This document shows, piece after piece, positions 1 to 7,374 of a DNA stretch of 64,000 bases. The position numbers and the translations under genes are program-made. The stretch is from Candidatus Iainarchaeum sp. (GTDB taxonomy: Archaea > Iainarchaeota > Iainarchaeia > Iainarchaeales > JAAZKV01), in NCBI GenBank assembly GCA_026397015.1, contig JAPLVR010000006.1, forward strand, positions 32,001 to 96,000. The letters run 5' to 3'. Each line of letters starts with the position of its first letter. Within the stretch, counting starts at the first letter, position 1. The notes under the pieces are model-generated. The model ran no database searches, was not told where the DNA came from, and was given only the letters and a program-made list of their open reading frames with translations.

Positions 1-1
1 T

Positions 2-592
2 ACAAACGACAAAATAATGCCGCTGATTTTCAAGAACAGCAAACTCGGGGGCACATGCGCCTTCTGCGGAACGATGAGAAGAAACCTGATGAACAGGGGG
101 GCGAAAAGGCTTGGCGCGGATAAGCTTGCAACGGGGCATAACCTTGATGACGAGGCGCAAAGCATTTTGATGAATATCTTCAACAACGATTTTGAGAGGT
201 TCAGGAGGACTGGCGCAACAGCAGGAGTGATGGAACACAACGGCTTTGTGAAAAGGATAAAGCCGTTCTACGAAACGCCTGAAGACGAGATACTTGCTTA
301 TTGTTCGTTCAGGGGAATCGAACATTTTTCGGGCGACTGCTGCCCCTACAGCTGGACAGCAAAAAGAAACGAATACAGAAAAATAATCGATGACTTGGAA
401 AAAAAATTCCCGAATACAAAATTTTCGCTGCTCCGCTTTTATGAAAATTTGAAGCCTTTGCTCGCCCAAAAAAAAGGCGAAAAGAAGGCGGCGAAAAAGG
501 CGCTTGGAAAATGCGAAAAATGCGGCGAACCCACCGAACACGAATTGTGCATGGCGTGCAAACAGGTCAAAAAAATTATTGATTTGATTTAA
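2..592 (+). CDS. TtuA/Ncs6 (TIGR00269-like) tRNA 2-thiolation PP-loop protein, 5'-truncated by the window edge
   Basis: CAFCG, ATGHNLDDEAQ, RIKP, CPY and a C-terminal CEKCG..CMAC Zn finger; frame is open from the window start. Confidence 0.88.
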   Translation, partial: TNDKIMPLIFKNSKLGGTCAFCGTMRRNLMNRGAKRLGADKLATGHNLDDEAQSILMNIFNNDFERFRRTGATAGVMEHNGFVKRIKPFYETPEDEILAYCSFRGIEHFSGDCCPYSWTAKRNEYRKIIDDLEKKFPNTKFSLLRFYENLKPLLAQKKGEKKAAKKALGKCEKCGEPTEHELCMACKQVKKIIDLI

Positions 593-634
593 GCCGGGCA
601 AAATTAAAAATTACTGATTTGATTTAGTTCGGCA
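571..634 (+). repeat. Imperfect tandem duplication (period 35) of the last codons and stop of the TtuA-like gene
   Basis: aaaaattattgatttgatttaagccgggca (571-600) vs aaaaattactgatttgatttagttcggca (606-634). Confidence 0.8.
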
Positions 635-639
635 CGAAA

Positions 640-2481
640 TTATTTCTTGCCCAGCAGAGTTTGGATGTAACCCGCAAATTCGTTTTCAAACTTTTCAAGC
701 CCTTCTATTTTTGCGTCAAAAATCAAAACTCTTTCTTTGATTTGCCTTTCAGCATCAACGTTTTTCTGGTCCAGCGCATTTATCGAATCGTTCATTCTCA
801 CAAGCGTTTCTTCCATGTTTTTCAGGAACTGTTTCTTGAACTCGTCAAGGATTTCTATCTTCTGCTTTAGAGTGTCAAGAGAAAGCTGTTTCTCCGCCGC
901 CTTTATTTTGTTTAATTCCACTTCCATTTCCTGAATCAAGCCTTCCGCTTTTTGAATCGCGAGCTCGTCAATCCTCTGCTCGGCTTCCTGCAGCATTCCT
1001 TCCGCAATATTTTTTTCAAGTTCAAGCGTTTTCGCAATCCTATCGTCCATTTCCTTCAGGTGCGCATCCGCCGCGTCAATGAATTCCTGCGTCTGCGATT
1101 TTATTCTTATTAACTCCGAATTTGACTCTGAAATAACCTGCACTTTTGTCCTTCGCACCTCGTCGATTGCGGCCGTGAGCTGTGCAAGCGCATCATCCCG
1201 CTCCCGCCTTGTTTTTTCAAGAGTAACGAGGTTTGATTTGAGCTCGTTGTTGTACTGCCTCAGCTCCGCTATTTTCGAATCGATTATGAAGGCGATTTCC
1301 CTCAATTTTTCTTCAAGCGCTTCGGTGTTGCTGGAAATAATCAATTCTTTCTGGGAGTCGAGCAGAATCTTGAATTTTTCTGTTTCCTTTCTAACTGCCG
1401 CATCAACCTTTTGGTCCACAACAGCATCAACATCGCTCTTTAATTTTTTCATTTCAGAAAGTTTTGCGTTTATCGCAATAACTATCCCTTTCTTCCAAAG
1501 CTGTTCAATGTCATTGTCGGAAACGGCGTCAAGGGAACTCGGCTTTCTTTGCGGCACAACCTTTTTAATTTCTTGAACCGGGATCTCCTGCGCGAAACTT
1601 TTTTGCAAATTTTTTGCTTCAACTTGCTGCACACTTTTTTGCCCGGCTTTTTTTGAGGTTTCAGAAGCAACTTCGCTAATTATTTTATTCACAATAAGAT
1701 TTTCAGATTCCTCCTGTGTTGGAGCCTCTTCCTGTTTTTCTTCAACCGATTTTGCGGTTGAAAATAAGGGCCTGACAACCTGCCTTGAACTTGCTGCCTT
1801 CAAAGCGTCTTCCTTTTCCTGCCGCTGGCGCTGAGGACTTTTCGAAAGCTTTCTCAGCGCATTAAGCGCATCGCTTTCCTCTTCAGCTTCCGATTCTGTT
1901 TGGTTTCCACTTCCACCCATTCCTTTTGTTCCCGCGCCTACCGCATTTTTTGCGGAATTCACTTCTGCGTTAAGGGAGTCCGCCTGCGCGTCAAGGGATT
2001 CCTCGGTTTCCGGCGCGTCCTCCTCTATTTTAATTCCAGTGTCGATTTCTGAAGGTTCTATTTCATTGTCGTCTTCATCCTCGACGCCTGAAATGTTTTC
2101 AACGGAACCGTTTTTTTGCTGTGCAGATGATTGGCCCTGTGAAACTTGCGAAAGGTTTTGCTGGCTCTTGGTAAGCTGTTCTGTTATTTCATCGAAAACG
2201 TCCTTTGAACCTTCTTCTTTTGAAGAGCCGTATTGAGAAGGCTGGGAAATCTGCCGCGAATAAGAAGGCTGCGCATTCGATTGTATCGAAACATATTCCT
2301 CAATCTTCGGCTGGCCAAAAGAACTCGCGGCAGTTGAACCGCTTCTGGCTTCCATCGTAAGTTCAAGGGCTTCTTTTTTGTCAACACCGACGTCAGCCAG
2401 GTTTGACACTATTTCTTCGTCAGAAACTCCGAGGGCAATGAGCTTTTTTATGGAGTCAAGTATGAGTTCGCGCTTGTCCAT
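640..2481 (-). CDS. Hypothetical protein: small N-terminal helical domain, long acidic disordered linker, C-terminal coiled coil
   Basis: 613-aa ORF; N-term LGVSDEEIVSNLADVGV; S/Q/E-rich middle; heptad-rich E/K/L C-terminal half. Confidence 0.8.
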   Translation of the reverse strand: MDKRELILDSIKKLIALGVSDEEIVSNLADVGVDKKEALELTMEARSGSTAASSFGQPKIEEYVSIQSNAQPSYSRQISQPSQYGSSKEEGSKDVFDEITEQLTKSQQNLSQVSQGQSSAQQKNGSVENISGVEDEDDNEIEPSEIDTGIKIEEDAPETEESLDAQADSLNAEVNSAKNAVGAGTKGMGGSGNQTESEAEEESDALNALRKLSKSPQRQRQEKEDALKAASSRQVVRPLFSTAKSVEEKQEEAPTQEESENLIVNKIISEVASETSKKAGQKSVQQVEAKNLQKSFAQEIPVQEIKKVVPQRKPSSLDAVSDNDIEQLWKKGIVIAINAKLSEMKKLKSDVDAVVDQKVDAAVRKETEKFKILLDSQKELIISSNTEALEEKLREIAFIIDSKIAELRQYNNELKSNLVTLEKTRRERDDALAQLTAAIDEVRRTKVQVISESNSELIRIKSQTQEFIDAADAHLKEMDDRIAKTLELEKNIAEGMLQEAEQRIDELAIQKAEGLIQEMEVELNKIKAAEKQLSLDTLKQKIEILDEFKKQFLKNMEETLVRMNDSINALDQKNVDAERQIKERVLIFDAKIEGLEKFENEFAGYIQTLLGKK

Positions 2482-2557
2482 CCAATATCAAACTATAAAT
2501 AGTTCTTATTGAATAAAAAGCTGTTGGTGGGGTTTAATTCGGCTTTAAGAGACCTGT

Positions 2558-2800
2558 TTAAGGAGAAATCATTACTATGCTGTCGCCGCGAACCATAATC
2601 TTGCCGTAATTTGTTTTCAGCTGGCCGTCAACTATCTGGGAAGCGTTTTCAAGGACTATATTCATGTGAATGTCGAAAGCTTTGAGCTTTCCCCTCACCT
2701 GTGTGCTTCCCTTCATTACAACAAGCACTTCTTTTCCGAGAGAATCGTTCAACAAATCGAACGGCCTGTTGCTCATTTTTTCATTCATCATTTCTTCCAC
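2558..2800 (-). CDS. Sm-like archaeal protein (LSm/SmAP)
   Basis: RPFDLL..GKEVLV..GKLKAFDIHMNIVL and VRGDSIVMISP Sm1/Sm2 motifs; true start may be a downstream Met. Confidence 0.95.
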   Translation of the reverse strand: MEEMMNEKMSNRPFDLLNDSLGKEVLVVMKGSTQVRGKLKAFDIHMNIVLENASQIVDGQLKTNYGKIMVRGDSIVMISP

Positions 2801-3579
2801 CAGAAAAATAATCTTGCAAGCAAACCTTTTTTAATGAACCCTTCCTTCTGCGCATCTTCCTGCACTTTCAACCCTGTTAGGCGCGAAGCGATTCGCTGGA
2901 ACTCAATTGCAGCCGGAGAATTCGGAATACGCGCAATTACCGGCGCAGCCTTTTCCTGAGAAAATGTTCTTCTTACTTCAGGGTCGTCTGGAACGGAACC
3001 GTAAACAGGGGTTTCCAAAAAATTCGCAATATCCTGCTGAGGAATTTCGCCCTTCTCCTTCCGCACAAAATTAATTATAACGCCCGTTACTTTCGCCCCG
3101 AGGCGCTGGGCAATCTGCCGGGTTTTCTCCGCATCCGCCAAAGCGGGCGGATTCGGCATCGTAACAAGAAGCATTTCCTGCGAAGCGCTTATCGCGCTGA
3201 TTACCTGCTTTTCAATTCCTGCCGCCGCATCCAGCAAAATATAATCGTAATCTTCCTCAATTTCTTTTATCACCCCGGCTAATCTTTCGCTGTCCAACCG
3301 CTTGTAATTTTCCAGGCTCATTCCGGACGGAACCAAATGAATGCCGCCCGGCCCGTCATAAATGGAATCCCTTATCTGCGCCTCGCCCAAAAGAACATCG
3401 TGCAAAGTTATCGGCGAACTCTGCATTCCCAAAATGAGCGAAAGGTTCGCCATCGCGACGTCCGCGTCGATTAACAAAACTTTTTTTCCTAATTTAGAAA
3501 GTGCTATTCCCAAATTTGCCGTAAGAGTTGTTTTTCCTGTTCCGCCCTTTCCGGAAGCAATTACCATTATGCGCGCCAT
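2788..3579 (-). CDS. minD: MinD-family cell division/polarity ATPase
   Basis: Deviant Walker A SGKGGTGKTT, IDADVAMANL, DYILLDAAAG, C-terminal amphipathic GLLARLF helix. Confidence 0.92.
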   Translation of the reverse strand: MARIMVIASGKGGTGKTTLTANLGIALSKLGKKVLLIDADVAMANLSLILGMQSSPITLHDVLLGEAQIRDSIYDGPGGIHLVPSGMSLENYKRLDSERLAGVIKEIEEDYDYILLDAAAGIEKQVISAISASQEMLLVTMPNPPALADAEKTRQIAQRLGAKVTGVIINFVRKEKGEIPQQDIANFLETPVYGSVPDDPEVRRTFSQEKAAPVIARIPNSPAAIEFQRIASRLTGLKVQEDAQKEGFIKKGLLARLFFWWKK

Positions 3580-3750
3580 TCAATCCCACCGATTTATAAC
3601 CTATAAAAGCTGTAAGAGTATAAAACTGTTTCCCTTAATATAAAATAAAAAAAATACCATGCTGTCCCGAAATTGAATATTTGTCACTAAGCAAAAACAA
3701 AAAACTATCAAAAATCAAAAAAATTTAAAAAAAATGAGGCGCTTTTTGAA

Positions 3751-6201
3751 TTAGTCAGTCTGCCACTTCAAAATGGGGTAATCGTTGCCCTGCTCGGTCC
3801 AGACGTTGGTAAAGTCCCAGCCGGAGTGGAACGGTTCTTTTTCTTCGGAATAAACCGAACCCTTGAAATAATCGGCGCCGGAACTTTCATAAGTCCTGTT
3901 GCAGTAAAAAACAGTGTCCATCGCGGTGCCGTTATTTCCGCTTCCGCTTGAATCATTCAGGTCGCCGTCCAATTGCCAAAATCCCAAAGCTCCGGAAACT
4001 GTGCCGCCGCCGAAGAGAGTGGCGACTTCGTCGGCACTTAAATTACGGTCCCAGATGCCGACCTCATCTATTCTCCCCTTCCACTGCCTCTCCGCACCGG
4101 TATTATACCCTGTTCCAAGTGCAAGGTTCGGAAGGCTGGTTGGCCACAGAGTGCTTTTCGCGGCGTTGAAAATCAGCGAATTATCCAGGTAGCCTTTGAC
4201 ATTGCTCGCGTTTTTGTCCCAAACAAATACCACATGATACCATCTGTTGGCATCCATCGGGTTCCCGAGGCCGGTATTCATATGTTGGTTTGCAGTAAAG
4301 TCTCCGGTCCCGATAACAACGCCGAATGATCTATCGCCCGCTTCCTCAAATCTTATGCCGTTGTTTCCGCCATTGTAATTGGTTGTAAGAGGGTTTCTGT
4401 AATTTGCAACTTCGTCAGCGTACATCCAGAAGCTTATTGTACCCTTGTCAGGGAAGTTGGCTGAAATGTTCCCGATGCTTATGTAAGTGGTTCCGCTAAT
4501 GAATCTGTACGCTGAATTGGGGTTGCTGAGCCTGTCATCAACAAAGTTCTGGTCAACAGTATATTGGTTGTTAGTGTAGTATGAGTTGGATGCCGCACTG
4601 CTACAGTTGCCGAAACCACGCGCATTGGTTCCGCTCATCGCACTCGTCGTAAAACTGTTGCTTGTATTGTTATGCACCCCCGCAAAACCGCCTATGTTTG
4701 ATGCGCCGGTTCCGTTCACGGTTCCCGTCGAATACGCTCTCGAAGCGGTTCCAGAACCTTCAATAACCCCTGCAAGCCCCCCAACATAGTTGCTGGTGCC
4801 GGTTACATTCCCGGTCGCATAAGAATCATAAATCGAGGTCCCGCTCCCGCTGTTCCCAACCAGACCGCCGATACGCTGAGAACCTGAAACATTCCCTCCC
4901 GCAAAGGACTCGGAAACAGGACAGCCTGCCCCCGTTAGCCCCCCAACACGCTCGCCGCCAGAAACACTTGCAAGAGAATACGATTCCGAAATGCTCCCAC
5001 AGACGCCCGAAAGCCCTCCGACATAATTGCTAACCCCTCTGACAGTGCCCGTAGTGTACGAACCGGTGATAGCTGCCCCTTGGCCCACCAATCCGCCAAC
5101 AATATCCTTGCCAGTCACATTGATATCCGCCAAACCCACATCCCTTATCGTTACGGACGAATTCATGTAGCCAAGCAGCCCGACATAATTCTCGCTCGGC
5201 CGATTTATGTACAAATTACTTATCGTGTGGTTTTGGCCGTTGAAAGAGCCGCTGAAGTCAGTATGCAACCAAGTGCCTCCGCAGCCGTCGGATTCGCGGG
5301 TACAACTCTCCGCATCTGTGCATCCTGTATTCAACCAGTTCTGTTCATATCCGCAATATGGTTCGGTTATCCATGTGCACTCATCATTTTCGCAGTCCTC
5401 CTGGCTACCGTACTCTCCACGCCACCCCCCCTCCTCACCATACATATAGAAGCACACTGGAAGGCTTTCTGTAATCCACTCCAGCCCGCAGCCTCCCGCT
5501 TCGCGTTCGCATGATGCCTCGTCACCGCACCCTCCCACCGTGCAACTAGCCGGGTCGCCTATCGGGTTGAAACCCGCGCCGCCATTCCAAGTATTGGTAT
5601 CAGAACAATCGATATTCTGTGCGAGCGCGTAATTCGCATCCAAATCATTGTTCATGTCCTGCAATTCATTACAGTCGGACAAAAGGAACGGGTGCGCGTA
5701 ACTACCATCCTCATATACTGAAGGTATAACATCAGTGGTACAACTCACGACCAGCTCCCCGCCGGAAACAATATGCAACAAACCATCCGCATCCCTATAA
5801 ACAACTCTTACCAAATAAGTCCTTGAACCGCCAACACAAGGAGACAAATCACCAACCGAAACACTCGCCTCCCCCCCCCCCAAAACCCTCGAAAAAGAAA
5901 CATTCACATCAACACCATCAACACTCAAACCAACAACATTAACATCCCCCACACCATTATTCCTAAACCTAAACAACGCATCCCCATTAGAATCAGCAAC
6001 AGACCCAACAATCCCCACACTCTGAAAAGCCCAAAACAAATCAGACTTATTCTTCGCAATACTAGGCGCAGACTCGATAAAAGAAGCCACCAAACTAACA
6101 ACAACCAAACCAATAACAACAATAATTGCGAGCAAAACAATATACTCAATAGTACCCTGCGCCTTTGGAGATTTAATGCGCGCCAAAAAATAGTTCCACA
6201 T
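3751..6201 (-). CDS. Class III signal peptide surface protein with pilin-like N-terminus, Cys-rich insert, GLUG repeats and LamG-like domain
   Basis: KAQ/GTIEY + hydrophobic helix; repeated VGGL(V/A)G..SY.TG.V.G; LamG-like WYHVVFVWD..GRIDEVGIWDRNLS; C-term YPILKWQ. Confidence 0.85.
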   Translation of the reverse strand: MWNYFLARIKSPKAQGTIEYIVLLAIIVVIGLVVVSLVASFIESAPSIAKNKSDLFWAFQSVGIVGSVADSNGDALFRFRNNGVGDVNVVGLSVDGVDVNVSFSRVLGGGEASVSVGDLSPCVGGSRTYLVRVVYRDADGLLHIVSGGELVVSCTTDVIPSVYEDGSYAHPFLLSDCNELQDMNNDLDANYALAQNIDCSDTNTWNGGAGFNPIGDPASCTVGGCGDEASCEREAGGCGLEWITESLPVCFYMYGEEGGWRGEYGSQEDCENDECTWITEPYCGYEQNWLNTGCTDAESCTRESDGCGGTWLHTDFSGSFNGQNHTISNLYINRPSENYVGLLGYMNSSVTIRDVGLADINVTGKDIVGGLVGQGAAITGSYTTGTVRGVSNYVGGLSGVCGSISESYSLASVSGGERVGGLTGAGCPVSESFAGGNVSGSQRIGGLVGNSGSGTSIYDSYATGNVTGTSNYVGGLAGVIEGSGTASRAYSTGTVNGTGASNIGGFAGVHNNTSNSFTTSAMSGTNARGFGNCSSAASNSYYTNNQYTVDQNFVDDRLSNPNSAYRFISGTTYISIGNISANFPDKGTISFWMYADEVANYRNPLTTNYNGGNNGIRFEEAGDRSFGVVIGTGDFTANQHMNTGLGNPMDANRWYHVVFVWDKNASNVKGYLDNSLIFNAAKSTLWPTSLPNLALGTGYNTGAERQWKGRIDEVGIWDRNLSADEVATLFGGGTVSGALGFWQLDGDLNDSSGSGNNGTAMDTVFYCNRTYESSGADYFKGSVYSEEKEPFHSGWDFTNVWTEQGNDYPILKWQTD
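5621..5713 (-). repeat. Copy 1 of a 93-bp direct repeat shared by the two GLUG genes
   Basis: 84/93 identical by manual alignment to 8816-8908; encodes EDGSYAHPFLLSDCNELQ.M.NDLDANYALA. Confidence 0.9.
5871..5881 (-). repeat. Homopolymer G11 on the coding strand (C11 on +)
   Basis: + strand t-ccccccccccc-aaaa; codons TTG GGG GGG GGG GAG (L-G-G-G-E). Confidence 0.9.
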
Positions 6202-6265
6202 ACTCTAATATGCGCCTCGGCTATATAAATATTTTCCCAAAAATCAGCAGGGACAAAATGAGACC

Positions 6266-6727
6266 TTAAATTTTCAAATCGCCCAAGCCGTAAGATTCGA
6301 AAACGCCCGCTTCCTTTTTTTCCGCCTGGAAATTGTCGGAAAAAACCGCCGGAACCATTTTTGCCACGTCCTTCAAAGAAAGATTTGCGGGAAGCAGAAG
6401 CTCCTCGTCAAAAGCGGTAACCAAATCAATCTGCGACCGCGCCAATTCAACCGCCTGAAAGTAACCCTTTCCCTTTGCCCCGTTCAAAAAATATTTTAGA
6501 GCTTCTTTTCCCTTGAAGCCCGCCCCTACCGACAGGCATTCGGCAAAGCAGGCGTACATTTTTCCTTCCTTGAAAAACAAAACGCTCTCCTCTATGCAGG
6601 ACGCCTTAACTGTTTGTATCAGATAGCCGCTGAAACCGCCGTCAACCAGGCTTTTCGCAATCGTCTCAAAATCGAACGGAATCGTTCCCTTCAAAACAAC
6701 CTTTCCTGCGGGAAAATTCATTTGCAC
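6266..6727 (-). CDS. DUF2226-like archaeal protein
   Basis: FSGYLIQTV..IEESVLFFKEGK..GKEAL pattern recalled for this family. Confidence 0.6.
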   Translation of the reverse strand: MQMNFPAGKVVLKGTIPFDFETIAKSLVDGGFSGYLIQTVKASCIEESVLFFKEGKMYACFAECLSVGAGFKGKEALKYFLNGAKGKGYFQAVELARSQIDLVTAFDEELLLPANLSLKDVAKMVPAVFSDNFQAEKKEAGVFESYGLGDLKI

Positions 6728-6818
6728 ACCACAATTTTAAAAATCAAATCCTGAAAACAAAATTCAACCAAATTATTGCTCGCCCCTCAAATAAATTACT
6801 GCTCTCAATTCAAAAAAA

Positions 6819-7271
6819 TTACTGCTTGCCCTTCAAAAAAATAACTTTATCGGCCGTATTCTTCAAAGCAGCCGCACTCATCTTTTCGCCCATTATCGCA
6901 ATCGTTTCCTTTCCCCTGTTCTTTGCCTTTATTATCGCGGGCAAAAAATCGGAGTCGCGCGTCACAAAAACAATCGCATCAATCGAATCATTGAAAACAG
7001 TTTCAGTTGCATCACAAGCCATCGCAACATCAATATCCGTTGTTGAAACCAAAGGCTCGAAACCCTGATTCACAACAGCTTCTACCAGCTTTTCGGAAGC
7101 AAACTGATTCAAATAAACTTTTCCGACTTTCATCGAACCGAGCTTCTGGACCTCTTTCTTAATCAAGTCCAAATCGATGCCCAATTCTTTCCTCAAAATG
7201 TTCGGACCGTCAACGAAAACCGCCAAACGCTTCTCCTTCTGGCCGAAACGCTTCTTAAATCTCTCAAACAC
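6819..7271 (-). CDS. NYN domain protein (TIGR00288-like)
   Basis: FVDGPNILRKE, DIDVAMACDA, TRDSDFLP; start moved to a GTG downstream of a GTGG RBS (ORF is open to 7370). Confidence 0.88.
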   Translation of the reverse strand: MFERFKKRFGQKEKRLAVFVDGPNILRKELGIDLDLIKKEVQKLGSMKVGKVYLNQFASEKLVEAVVNQGFEPLVSTTDIDVAMACDATETVFNDSIDAIVFVTRDSDFLPAIIKAKNRGKETIAIMGEKMSAAALKNTADKVIFLKGKQ

Positions 7272-7374
7272 AAAAACCACTTTCCACCGATTCCCGCCGA
7301 AACGGGAACAAAAATAAGTTAGCCTGAAAGGGTATAAAACTGTTTCTCTTGCTGAAAAAAAAGAACACAAAAAA

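Noticed and set aside
5925-6149. Hydrophobic 74-aa alternative-frame ORF
   Set aside because: By-product of the G+T-rich composition inside the adhesin gene.
6819-7271. NYN protein as a toxin or defence system
   Set aside because: Matches the widespread housekeeping-like TIGR00288 type; no antitoxin or defence neighbours.
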